Part shown: positions 1 through 12,832 of the stretch, piece after piece | Layout: every line of letters begins with the position of its first letter | Numbering within the stretch: the stretch's first letter is position 1 | From: Eledone cirrhosa | Lineage: Eukaryota | Reading direction: 5' to 3' | DNA length: 64,000 nt | Assembly: GCA_964016885.1 (NCBI GenBank) | Contig: CAXHJY010001123.1 | Location: 23,580-87,579, forward strand | Program-made: the position numbers and the translations under genes | Notes under the pieces: generated by a model | The model's input: only the letters and a program-made list of their open reading frames with translations | Databases searched by the model: none | Told to the model about the DNA's origin: nothing

Positions 1-286
1 GTGTGTGTATGGGTGTTATGTGTGTGGGAGTATGGTTAGCATGTTAAGATGAAGAGAATATATATATATATATATTGTGTGTGTGTGTATGTGTGTGTGT
101 AGGAAAGTGATTCCTTTAGTAGGAATATTTTTGAATGAACATATTTTCCTTACTTATTGGTGTTTGCTGTTGTATTGTCAGTGCAAACGTATGTTAAGGT
201 TTATTTAGTTCGGGTTTTTATTTTCTAAAGTAGAAGGTGTTATGTGTGTGTGTGTATGTCATATTATGGTATTGTCATAATGTATA

Positions 287-2551
287 TTAAACCATATTTA
301 ATGTTGGTTTATATTTTTGAATAAACATATTTTCCTTATTTATTCGCATTTGTTCTGTTGTATTGTTAGCGCAAAGGTAAAATGGGAAGACTTGGAATTT
401 GGGTGTCTTATTACTTGCGCAAATGTCTAGATGTGCACTTAGTGGTATCTGTCTCGTGGTTGGATCTCGTAATTGTTGGCGATGAACTGTCATTCTGTTT
501 CTGAGTGTGAGTTTAGTTTGTCCTATATAATCTTCATTGCATCCTTTACATTTAATGGCATAAAGTAGATTTTTTGATGAGCAAGTGAAGTGATTTTTTA
601 CAGTAAAATTTTGTCCTGATTTAAATGTATACGTGTTGCCTTCAATGAGGTGAGTGCAGGTTCCACAATTAGAGCGACCACATTTTTTGATACTTGGTTG
701 TGGGTTTGTGGTAGGTAATTTGGCATTGGTGAGTAATGTTTTCAGTGATTTTGGTTGTCTTTTGCTTTTGATTATTTTGTGTGTTTCAAGGGCTTTTTTC
801 ATTCTTGGGTTTTGTTTTAGTAGTGGGATGTTATTGTGAATAGTGTTGTAAGCTTCCGCATTTCTTGGGTTGTGTGTTGAGATATATGATAGAATATTGG
901 ACGTACCTTGAATTTGTTTCTGTTTCCGTAATTCATCAATGCCTATTGCTTTAGCCCTTTCTATTCCATTATTTATTAGTAATAGTGGGTACTCTCTCTC
1001 GAGTAGAATTTCCTTTAATTCTTGAAGTCTTTTATTTCGCGTTTCATAATTGGAGACAATTGTGCAAATTCTTCTTGCTAGGTTAAAAGGAATGTTCGTC
1101 TTCCTGTGCTTTGGATGGTTGGAGGTGAATAGCAGATATTGTTTGGAATCTGTTGGTTTGTAGTGTATGTCAGTTTCGATATTTGTGTCTTTTTTTAAGA
1201 TTAAGATGTCCAGAAATGGGAGTTGATCTTGGCTGTATTCCATTGTGAATTGGATGTGGTTATTGATGCCGTTTATTAAGTTTTTGAAATCCTTCAGTTG
1301 GTCGAGTGTGTGGGACCAAAGAATGAGGCAATCATCCAAGTAGCGTTTCCAATTCTCTGATAAATATTTGTGGAAGTTCAATCCGTATTTTGATTTGGAC
1401 TGTTCATATATCTGGACTTCTAAGTATGCCATGACTAAGTTGGCATAAGTTGGAGCGGCTTTTGTACCCATCGCAGTCCCCAATATTTGCTTGTAAGTAT
1501 TGCCATCGAAATCAAAAAAGTTGTTCTGTAGGATGAATTTTAATCCCTCGGTGATGAAGCTTTTTTCTATTCTGTCAGGTATCTCATTGGGATATTTCTC
1601 TAGCCAGAATCCTATTGCTTCTAGTCCGTATTGGTGTGGGATCGTTGTGTAGAGATTCACTACATCGAAAGACACAATAATGTTGTTGACATGTTTGGGG
1701 AGGTGGTTTAAGAGGTCCAGATCGTCTCTTACAAGGCTTGGTATGTGTTTCAGTATTGGTTTCAGTAGTATGTCTATAAAGTTGCTCAATCTGTGTGTTT
1801 CACATTGTGGGCCCGCTACAATTGGTCTTAATTTAAGGTCTGTGGGGTATTGTGTGTTCACGCAGGCTGAGGTGGATTGTTTACAGGCATCGTTGATTAT
1901 TTTACACTTGTGGATCTTCGGAAGTCCGTAAAGGTTGCTGGTTTTGTATTCAAAATTTGTTAAATAATCGCGTTCCTTTTTAGTTAGGTCTTCCTGGTAT
2001 CGATAAATCAGTGTATTTAATTTGGTCATAATTTTTGATTGCTGGTAGTTTTTTACTCTTTCATAGTAATTAGTATTTTGTAAGAGAGAGAACATAGAAT
2101 TTTTATATTTTTCAGCCTCCATAATGACAACAGTACTTCCCTTGTCCGCTTCCTTAATTATAATGTCCGTATTGTTTTTTAGTTCATGGATAATCTCCCA
2201 TTCCCTTCGACTCGTGTTGGGTTTGGGTTTAGGTTGCGGTAGTTCATGGTATGGGAAGGTAGCTATGTGGTCACAAAATTTGTCCAGAACTCTGTTTCTA
2301 CCTTTTGTTGGGTTGTAGCTGCTTTTATTCCGTACAATTGATTCGTCGTTATTCTCCTTGTCAAAGAATTCCTCTGTGAGACGTAATTTTCTACAGAAGT
2401 GTGAGATATCGTCATTTATCGCGTTGGGGTTAGGGTATTGTGATGTTGGTGTGAATTTCAGACCTTTGGAGAGAATTTTTACTTGTTGGGCTGAGAGGTT
2501 TGTATTTGAAATGTTAATTATTTTCGGTTTTTCAAAATCGGTTTGTGCCAC
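287..2551 (-). CDS. PLE reverse transcriptase + GIY-YIG endonuclease (ORF2 of PLE-A); the frame is open further upstream, through the slippery site at 2581-2587
   Basis: Motifs ADKG, LYGLPKIHK, LRPIV, SFDVVNLYT, GTAMG, RYLDD and PFLD; Cys linker CGRSNCGTC; LLYAIKC..C...YIGQT...R...H. The listed start is GTG and the first ATG is ~140 codons in. Confidence 0.95.
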   Translation of the reverse strand: MAQTDFEKPKIINISNTNLSAQQVKILSKGLKFTPTSQYPNPNAINDDISHFCRKLRLTEEFFDKENNDESIVRNKSSYNPTKGRNRVLDKFCDHIATFPYHELPQPKPKPNTSRREWEIIHELKNNTDIIIKEADKGSTVVIMEAEKYKNSMFSLLQNTNYYERVKNYQQSKIMTKLNTLIYRYQEDLTKKERDYLTNFEYKTSNLYGLPKIHKCKIINDACKQSTSACVNTQYPTDLKLRPIVAGPQCETHRLSNFIDILLKPILKHIPSLVRDDLDLLNHLPKHVNNIIVSFDVVNLYTTIPHQYGLEAIGFWLEKYPNEIPDRIEKSFITEGLKFILQNNFFDFDGNTYKQILGTAMGTKAAPTYANLVMAYLEVQIYEQSKSKYGLNFHKYLSENWKRYLDDCLILWSHTLDQLKDFKNLINGINNHIQFTMEYSQDQLPFLDILILKKDTNIETDIHYKPTDSKQYLLFTSNHPKHRKTNIPFNLARRICTIVSNYETRNKRLQELKEILLEREYPLLLINNGIERAKAIGIDELRKQKQIQGTSNILSYISTHNPRNAEAYNTIHNNIPLLKQNPRMKKALETHKIIKSKRQPKSLKTLLTNAKLPTTNPQPSIKKCGRSNCGTCTHLIEGNTYTFKSGQNFTVKNHFTCSSKNLLYAIKCKGCNEDYIGQTKLTLRNRMTVHRQQLRDPTTRQIPLSAHLDICASNKTPKFQVFPFYLCANNTTEQMRINKENMFIQKYKPTLNMV

Positions 2552-3720
2552 CGGGTGTCGTGAGTCCTGTAGCCTTGGTCTAAAAAATGATTTTTCTGGA
2601 ATGTTTTTTCAATGGTATTATTATATCTAATGGTATTTCCCCTGTTGTTGTGTGGTCTTGTATAGAAGTTTCGGACGTATTGAGGTTCGGTTTGTTGATA
2701 GTCCGGGTTGTAGATTTTGTTCCTTTGTGTGGGTTGGGATCTACGGTTTTGGAACAGGCTCTGTGTGGGCAGGGGTCTACGGTTTTGGAATAGGTTTTGT
2801 GTGGGTTGTGATCTGCGGATCAGGTCCTGCCTTGTGTTCGGGGATCTTTGGTTTTTGTTAGTAGGGTTATAGTTTTGTCTATGGTTTCTGGGATTATCGT
2901 TATAGTTTTGCTGGGGGTATGTTGGACGTTTTGTTACTTTTTTTGTTATTTGTTGTGCATGTGGTGTGTGAGTTTTAGTTTGTTTTAAAAATGGGTTACC
3001 TGTATGTTGTTCATTTTTGAAGTCCATTTCGTAGTTGTTGAACCAGGTGGCGTTTTTTTCCCATCGCTGGAGGGATGTTAGTTCTTCATCCTCACAGTTT
3101 TCTTTCCAAAGTTTTAGGGTTTTTTTGTAGAGTAGGCCTTCAGAGTGCTTTGAGATTTCTGTGTCCATCTGTTGGTCGAGTGACTTGAATTTTTCTTCGT
3201 TGGAGTTGGCTCTTAATCGCAACAATTCTATTTCTGTTTTAAATTTTTCCAATGCCATCTTTTCTCTAAGTCTTTGTTGGTTTTCTGGTTCATTCGGGAT
3301 GGGTTTTATTTGGAGTTTTTTGGGGAGGATGATTGGGGTAGAGTTTAGCCACTTTTCATATATGTCTGCCTTGCCATTATTTTTTAGGAGATTCCAAAGG
3401 GCGAATTTGCGGGCTGTGAGCTTTTGAGTCCATATGTTGATTAGGGTGTTTTTCACTGAGTGGACATCTCGTAGATTGGGTTCTAACGGTTGTTCCAGAT
3501 TTTGGAGCATTGCTGTTTCAATGGTTTCGAACAGCTTAGTTAATACTGGAGTAATATTCGTCTCTTGGGTATTTTCTGTTTCTTCGTGGGGTCCTTTTTT
3601 ATAGATGTGTATTTGGTCCACTTTCTTGGTCAAAATTGAGAGTTTAGAGGAAATCTCTTTGAGTTCATTTAAGATGTCCTGGTTCAGTGAGTTGTTGTTT
3701 TGTTGAGACTTTGGTGGCAT
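2518..3720 (-). CDS. ORF1 of PLE-A, 400 aa: helical/coiled-coil-like N-half and Q/N/R/P-rich C-tail with 12-aa repeats
   Basis: Long uninterrupted ATG-initiated ORF ~25 nt downstream of the pLTR end. Shares W...EE..S...W....F...Y and HFL motifs with ORF1 of PLE-B. Confidence 0.85.
   Translation of the reverse strand: MPPKSQQNNNSLNQDILNELKEISSKLSILTKKVDQIHIYKKGPHEETENTQETNITPVLTKLFETIETAMLQNLEQPLEPNLRDVHSVKNTLINIWTQKLTARKFALWNLLKNNGKADIYEKWLNSTPIILPKKLQIKPIPNEPENQQRLREKMALEKFKTEIELLRLRANSNEEKFKSLDQQMDTEISKHSEGLLYKKTLKLWKENCEDEELTSLQRWEKNATWFNNYEMDFKNEQHTGNPFLKQTKTHTPHAQQITKKVTKRPTYPQQNYNDNPRNHRQNYNPTNKNQRSPNTRQDLIRRSQPTQNLFQNRRPLPTQSLFQNRRSQPTQRNKIYNPDYQQTEPQYVRNFYTRPHNNRGNTIRYNNTIEKTFQKNHFLDQGYRTHDTRWHKPILKNRK
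2581..2587 (-). promoter_or_regulatory. Putative -1 ribosomal frameshift slippery heptamer T TTT TTA (PLE-A)
   Basis: CAT TTT TTA in the ORF1 frame; ORF2 is in the -1 frame and open from here. A GCTAC-A-GG/CC-G-GTGGC hairpin starts 7 nt downstream. Confidence 0.75.
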
Positions 3721-3745
3721 TTTCGGTCTTCGTGTGGTGGGTATA

Positions 3746-4212
3746 TATTAGAAAGTGAGGTTTATTTTACAAAATGAAAAATAACCGAGGTGTCCTACAC
3801 GAGTGAAAGTATAAAGAAAAAGAGATGAAATCGAAAATGCAACTGGAGTCTTATTTAAAAAAAAAAAAAATATATTTATTTGGTTCCTTTACCGGTTTCG
3901 CAGTTCTTCTGCTTTTCCAAAGGTGAGTTGAGATGGAGGGTCTGTGGTTTTTCTCACATCTGGTTGGTCTCTGAATGTTACTTGTTTTATATGGAAAAAG
4001 TGGCTCGAAATGCCAGGTTTTTCGAGAAGTAATTTGATTGGTTTGTCAATAATTATAATAAATTTCGCGCCAGTTCGCGTTACAATAGTTCTTCCAATAA
4101 GAGGGGGGGGGGGGGGTTGTCACAGATTGTTTTTTCATATATGAGTGTTTGAATTTCTTTTTACTTGAAAAAAGGAGGTTCACGAAGGTTTTTTTTTGGT
4201 TGTTTATAAATG
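3746..4212 (-). repeat. pLTR of PLE-A (promoter region + HHR)
   Basis: Inverted copy at 5091-5547 and solo fold-back copy at 32862-33218. Confidence 0.88.
3886..3923 (-). ncRNA. Minimal type I hammerhead ribozyme motif, U3-A8 variant (this copy also U4G)
   Basis: cctt-TGGAAAA-gcag-aagaa-ctgc-GAAA-ccgg-TA-aagg. Confidence 0.7.
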
Positions 4213-6262
<2,050 letters not shown>

Positions 6263-6319
6263 CATATATATATATATATTTCAAAGTAAGGTTTTCTAAT
6301 ATATCCCACATGGGTAAAA

Positions 6320-6611
6320 ATATAGGAAAAAGAAGTTAAAAATGTAATTGGGGACTTTAAGAAGGTTTATTTACAATTCTTTATAACTTTAGTGGTTTCG
6401 CAAGTTTTATGATTTTCAAAAGTTAAAAGAGATGGAGAGATGTGTGGTTATGCTGACTTGTAACTAGCCTGATGCGAGTGTCAAGTCAGCATAACCTCAC
6501 CTACCTCCATCTCTTTTAACTTTTGAAAATAATAAAACTTGTGAAGCTAGTAACGTTATAAAGAATTGTAGACCTTCTTAAAAACTCCAATCGTATTTTC
6601 AACTTCTTTTT

Positions 6612-6617
<6 letters not shown>
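6320..6617 (+). mobile_element. Diverged fold-back PLE 3'-end fragment with degenerate TTGAAAA-type HHR
   Basis: Inverted arms ~6320-6460 and ~6482-6617; aactt-TTGAAAA...GAAA...TA-aaagtt on the left arm. Confidence 0.55.
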
Positions 6618-6667
<50 letters not shown>

Positions 6668-6671
<4 letters not shown>

Positions 6672-6873
6672 AACCAGTAAGACCCCGACAGCTGAGCTCA
6701 AGCCGTTTCGACGGCTAATTCTGGACTCAATATTTGAGTCCAGAATTAGCCGTCGAAACGGCTTGAGCTCAGCTGTCGGGGTCTTACTGGTTCCTATTAC
6801 CCACTCTACTACCTCAAGTATTGAGTACTTTGGTGCGTTATGGTCCACCTGGTTCCTTACCACATTTCCTTCG

Positions 6874-6875
<2 letters not shown>
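6668..6875 (+). mobile_element. Near-perfect ~62-bp-arm palindrome + tail; dispersed family (also ~17875, 24150-24345, ~39945, ~57425)
   Basis: ggaacc...ctggactcaa-tat-ttgagtccag...ggttcc between (TA)n tracts; copies share tagctgtcgaaacggccggagctc. Confidence 0.65.
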
Positions 6876-6937
<62 letters not shown>

Positions 6938-6940
<3 letters not shown>

Positions 6941-7714
6941 CCGGCGTTGCTCGGGATTTGCTATAGGGTTCTTATATATTTGATATATATTTATCCTTAT
7001 CGAACCTCGTGAAATAAATACGTTTGTTTATATTTTGTTATTGTGTATGCAAAAATATCTGTCCATAAATATATAATTATATATATATATATATATTAAA
7101 ATAACAGACTAAAGTTTAAGCAAAGAATCACTGCTTTCACCCTTAACGGGATATTCTACCTAAAAGCAGTATGAAGTACATACACTAAGACTAATTGATG
7201 TAATCTTTGGCCTTGTTTGTTTATATTTTGTTTTTGTGTATGCAAAAATATCTGTACACGAATATCTATATTAAAATAACATATTAATGTTTAAGCAAAG
7301 AATCGCTGCTTTCAACCTTAACGGGATCTTCTTAAACTAAAAAAAATAATCTGGAAAACAGGAAGACGATACTTTGGTTCGTGAAGACGTTCCCTGGCAT
7401 AAGAATATATATACACACACACACACTGATCGCGTCATAATGACGTAATGCAGACAGTCAGGCATACAGAGAGATATTATGAAGGCGCGACGTCATATCT
7501 ATGTATCTATCTAAAAAGAGAAAATCTAAAGAGAAAGAGATCGCTAAATCGCCTAATGCAGTCCCTAGGGCATTGAAAATTTGAAATTTCTTTTGCTCAA
7601 AACACTTCCGGGGCCATACGAGTTACATGTATAAAGTTTGAAAAAAACCGGTTGGGTATATCTCGAGTTTTAGGGAAACAGACACACAGACATCCTTTGT
7701 TTTATATATATAGA
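6938..7714 (-). mobile_element. Non-autonomous Helitron-like element containing PLE-D pLTR pieces
   Basis: Minus-strand 5' end A|TCTATATATATAAAACAAAGGATGTCTGTGTGTC; 3' hairpin cccgg-cgttgc-tcggg at 6940-6955. The terminal CTAG is not seen. Confidence 0.5.
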
Positions 7715-7736
7715 TATTTATATATATATATATACA

Positions 7737-7878
7737 CTCCAGATACATATTTGTGCACAGGTATAGAATTTCTGGACACACTCCAGATACATGTGTACAG
7801 TTTGTGCACAGGTATAAATTTGTGCACAGGTATACAATTTCTGGACACCCTCCAGATACATATTTGTGCACAGGTATT
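7737..7878. repeat. Minisatellite, ~44-bp unit ctccagatacatatttgtgcacaggtat...
   Basis: Three imperfect units plus partial copies. Confidence 0.75.
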
Positions 7879-7964
7879 CCAATACGGCAAGGCCTAATGG
7901 ATCCCCCTTGCAGTACGTACAATCTGGACACACACACACACACCTTGGTATTATGCCAATACTA

Positions 7965-8979
<1,015 letters not shown>

Positions 8980-9240
8980 TACAATAACAGAGATAGTTTA
9001 AAGCTAATCTCTGACTGGTAACCATCTCACTCAACAAACATTAGGTTATATTTTAATATAAACCCAATTTAAGTGTTTGGGGTGCTAATAATATGTATTA
9101 TGTGAAAAAGCCAGTTGTATTATTTTATGAGATATAATTAAAGTTAAAATATATCTCTCTTTCCAAACAATTGTTTCATTATAAGTTTTCTACAATCTCG
9201 GAGAATATTTCCAGTTTATGTAGAAGCCTAAAATACATTC

Positions 9241-9291
<51 letters not shown>

Positions 9292-9461
9292 TATAGATAG
9301 GTAAATATACACGGGTGTGTATGATTGTGTATAGAAGATTATATTAATAAGAGGAATTCCAACTTTGTCTGATTTACTCGTTTTATTTACAATCCTTTAA
9401 AATATATATAATGGTATTATAATGAAATAGTATGATAGAATATTAAATTCTAAGTGTTAAT

Positions 9462-9500
9462 TGAACAAGTACTTTCATGCTTTCGCAATCTTCAGGTTCA
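9462..9500 (-). ncRNA. Minimal type I HHR (PLE-B pLTR)
   Basis: tgaac-CTGAAGA-t-tgc-gaaa-gca-t-GAAA-gtac-TT-gttca. Confidence 0.8.
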
Positions 9501-9874
9501 TGATATGTGGTGACAGTCGAGTTTGTAATTTTCAACTGTAATGAGATGGGTAAATTTCCTACCTTTTATACATTTTATACAGAGAAAAGTGGCTCCAGAA
9601 TGCAAAGCCCTGTAAACTGTATTTCGACCAATCAGTGTGTAGTTTCACTGAATTACTACAGCTGATTGGTTTAAGCGTCACGGCTGGTTGAGCATGCTAA
9701 CGACCAATAGTCATATCCAACGTATCAATTGTTTTGCTTTTTGAAATGATGAAAATAGCATTTTCTATTAATCATCACCATCAACATCACTTTTATTATT
9801 ATTATTATTGTTGTTGTTGTTGTTGTTAGTGGTCGTGGTCATAGTGGTAGTAGAAGTAATACCCCTAGGCGTTA

Positions 9875-11785
9875 TTATTGTTCATTTAGCTTGGGTTTGA
9901 ATTTATCAATAAAATTCTTTTCTTTGATTTTTCTCTTGATTTCACTTGGGCTGTGTAATTTGTAGAATGGGAATATTATAAATATTCCCTGACCACATGT
10001 TGCCAGGTGGCCGCTTAGGGGTATCTGACGGACATTTGGGTCTCTGATTTGTTGACGGTGTACCCGTGCACGTTCCGATAGTGCATTTCCAGTTTGACCG
10101 ACATATAGTTCTTCACAATTCGGGCATTTAATGCAGTAAATTAGATTTCTGCTTTTGCAGTTCATATTTGCATTTGTGAATATTTTTCCAGTTTTTGTTT
10201 TCATATATTGACCGGCGTGTATGGATTGACATGTGCCGCATCGATTATCATTGCATTTAGATACAGTGAATGATTGGTCTTTGTTGTTAAGGTCAAACTT
10301 TGCTTTTGTTAGCAATTGCTTCAAATTTTTTGGCTGTCTTTTACTAAGAGTCAAAGATCGATCTCTGATTAAGCCTTTTAATTCATTACTTTGAGCAATG
10401 ATCGGTAGGTTTGCTTTGGCAGTGTTGAATATATTCTGGTGACATGGGTTGTGTGTCATTATAAATGGTATGACCAGTTCTTGGTTTCTTCTTCCTTGGG
10501 TTGTTCTAAGTTGTTGTATAGGTATTTTTATAGCCCGCTGTATGCCATTTTCTATAAGTAGAGATGGGTATTTTTGTTTGAGCAAAAATTCTCTTAGTTC
10601 TGTTAGGCGTTTGTACCTGGTATTCGTATCTTCTACAATGGTACAAATTCTTCTGGCTAGGCAGTATGGGATGTTGCGTTTTGTATGAGGTGGATGGCAC
10701 GACTTAAAATTCAGATATTGATGGGTGTCTGTGTGTTTATAATATATATCCGTGGTAATGGTGGTGTCGTTTTTGATTATCATTATATCTAGGAATGGTA
10801 ATTTGGTCCTACTCATCTCTTTTGTGAATTGGAGAGATGGGTGTAGGTTATTCAGGAGGATATTGAACTCATCCAGAGTATCTAGAGATTCTGTCCAGAT
10901 GATGAAACAGTCGTCAAGGTATCTCTTCCAAGATTTTTCAATGTACTTTCTAAAGTCAGTACTATATTTTTCCTCTATTTCTTGGTAGAGTTGTTGTTCT
11001 AAGTATCCCATTACAGAGTTCGCGTAAACGGGAGCAAACTTCGTTCCCATCGCTGTGCCTCTAATTTGGATGTAATTCTTTCCATTGAAGAAGAAAGTGT
11101 TGTTTTCCAGAATAAGTTTAACTGCGTCTAATATAAATGGCGCTGTGAATCTAATGGGAATCACTTCTCTATGTTTTTCCACCCAGTATTTAACCGCCTT
11201 TATTCCTAAATCATGTGTAATGTTGGTGTAAAGGCTTACCACATCAAAACTGAGTAGAAGTGAATTCGTTTCCGTGGTTTTGGGAAGATGGGACAGGAAG
11301 TCGATATCATCCCGGATGAAACTGGGTGTGTGAATACATAGTGGTTTCAAAATAATGTCAGCAAAATTGCTTAGACGGTGAGTGGGACATGTTGGACCAG
11401 CTATAATAGGTCTAAGTTTTAAGTCTTTTGGGTGTAATAATTTAATGTACTCACTGTTTTGTTCTCTTACTGCCAGTTGTATTTCTTTTGACTTGTGAAC
11501 TTTCGGTAGGCCATACAGGTTGCTGGGTTTTGGCTCAAAATTGGTGATGTAGTCTCTTTCCTTATCAGTAAATGAGTTGTGGTATTTTGAAGCCAGGTTG
11601 CTGATCTTCTTCATGATGTTGTGGTCTATATTTGACGGTATTTCATGATAGAATGTTGTGTCTTTCAGTTGTTCCTCAACCAAATCCTTGTAGTATTCAG
11701 TATCTATTATAACAACTGCACCCCCTTTATCTGCTTGTTTAATAATTATTGTTTTATCATTTTGTATACGTTTAAGTGCAGACAT
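9875..11785 (-). CDS. PLE RT + GIY-YIG endonuclease (ORF2 of PLE-B, main part)
   Basis: ADKG, LYGLPKVHK, SFDVVSLYT, GTAMG, RYLDD, CNDNRCGTC, LIYCIKC..C..LYVGQT. Confidence 0.93.
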   Translation of the reverse strand: MSALKRIQNDKTIIIKQADKGGAVVIIDTEYYKDLVEEQLKDTTFYHEIPSNIDHNIMKKISNLASKYHNSFTDKERDYITNFEPKPSNLYGLPKVHKSKEIQLAVREQNSEYIKLLHPKDLKLRPIIAGPTCPTHRLSNFADIILKPLCIHTPSFIRDDIDFLSHLPKTTETNSLLLSFDVVSLYTNITHDLGIKAVKYWVEKHREVIPIRFTAPFILDAVKLILENNTFFFNGKNYIQIRGTAMGTKFAPVYANSVMGYLEQQLYQEIEEKYSTDFRKYIEKSWKRYLDDCFIIWTESLDTLDEFNILLNNLHPSLQFTKEMSRTKLPFLDIMIIKNDTTITTDIYYKHTDTHQYLNFKSCHPPHTKRNIPYCLARRICTIVEDTNTRYKRLTELREFLLKQKYPSLLIENGIQRAIKIPIQQLRTTQGRRNQELVIPFIMTHNPCHQNIFNTAKANLPIIAQSNELKGLIRDRSLTLSKRQPKNLKQLLTKAKFDLNNKDQSFTVSKCNDNRCGTCQSIHAGQYMKTKTGKIFTNANMNCKSRNLIYCIKCPNCEELYVGQTGNALSERARVHRQQIRDPNVRQIPLSGHLATCGQGIFIIFPFYKLHSPSEIKRKIKEKNFIDKFKPKLNEQ

Positions 11786-12188
11786 TTCTGATTTGTTAAT
11801 GTTTGGCCTAACATTAGTATTATGTCTAAGAGGAAATTTAGACAGGATGTCAATGTATTGGTCGAGATAGATATTTCTTCCTTTTGGCGGAGTGAAATTT
11901 GATTTATTCTTTACTAGTCATTCATCACTCTCATTATTTTTATCAGCGAAGAATTCTACAAGACGCAATTTTCGACAGAAATTCTTGGGTATCCTCCTTC
12001 AGTTCTTGGTGGTTGACTGTTGGAGTCGGTGTGAATTTCAGTGCTTTTGACAGAATTTGCATTTCATCATTGTCAAGATCTCTTTTAGATAAATTAATTA
12101 TTTTAGGATCTACGTGTACAGCTGTTTTGGGTATGTTTCCTCCTGGAGTTTTTCTTTTTCCGGTTTTTGTTGTCCTGACGTTAAAAAA
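11786..12188 (-). pseudogene. Disrupted N-terminus of PLE-B ORF2
   Basis: PKIINLSKRDLDNDEMQILSKALKFTPT lies in the -1 frame of ORF1 and aligns to PLE-A PKIINISNTNLSAQQVKILSKGLKFTPT. 1-nt insertion at ~11980 and in-frame TGA at 11918-11920. Confidence 0.85.
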
Positions 12189-12832
12189 TGGATTTTTCTC
12201 TGTTCAGGATTTATATTCCTGTTGGTGTTCGGTTGATGAACTTTTGGTCGTGATATTATATTTAGTTTCGTTATGTATTTTGTCCTATTTTTGGTATTCT
12301 GTATATTATTTTTCTTCCTGTTAGCATTATTTTTAACAATCTGGGAAAGTGACCTAGGTTTGCTTTCAGGTTTAGATCGTTTTTTCGTCCAGTTTCTTGT
12401 GGGCAATCTCCGTTGAGATCTTGAGAGTGATCTGGTTATTCTACGTTTTGTTTCCACATTCCTTGTTGGTAGTCTCTGTTGAGATCTTGAGAATGATCTC
12501 CTGGTTTTACTACTTCTCATGGTCTGGTCAAAGGAATACCTATCGTGTTTGTGCTTTTTGTTCATGTTGTGTGCGATAGGGTGTTTTTGTAGAAAAAGCG
12601 AAGAGTTATTACCGTAGTTCTTCTTTGATTCAAGGTAAGGTGAGTGTTTGTGTTGGCACGTGTTCTGGCGTATGTTGTGTTGATGAGATTGTCCACTTTT
12701 AATGCTTTTTCTCAGGGTTCCAGAGTCTTTACCGTAATTTGCAGCATATTCATCGAGAAATAATTGTTTCTGCTGCCATATCTTTCTTGATTTGTTTTCT
12801 TCTTTTGAGATATCTCCGATCCAAAAGAAATA
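12110..12832 (-). pseudogene. 5'-truncated ORF1 of PLE-B (basic, RS-rich C-tail)
   Basis: FWIGDISKEENKSRKIWQQKQLFLDEY aligns to PLE-A LWKENCEDEELTSLQRWEKNATWFNNY; KIHFL vs KNHFL near the end. Confidence 0.78.
12182..12188 (-). promoter_or_regulatory. Putative -1 frameshift heptamer T TTT TTA (PLE-B)
   Basis: CAT TTT TTA in the ORF1 frame; the -1 frame opens ~15 nt upstream and runs into the conserved RT N-terminus. Confidence 0.75.

Noticed and set aside
7737-7878. Repeat-spacer-like pattern resembling a CRISPR array
   Set aside because: Units are contiguous imperfect tandem repeats without unique spacers; eukaryotic context and no cas genes.
11918-11920. In-frame TGA in PLE-B (also in PLE-E and the Helitron) as possible selenocysteine
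   Set aside because: It aligns to Ser in PLE-A (TCA to TGA), the copy has another lesion nearby, and I saw no SECIS. PLE-C stops are TAA.
12739-12832. Hydrophobic, TM-like N-terminus fused to RT in ORF 12739-13818
   Set aside because: It is antisense ORF1 read across the inversion junction and starts at TTG; a chance chimera.
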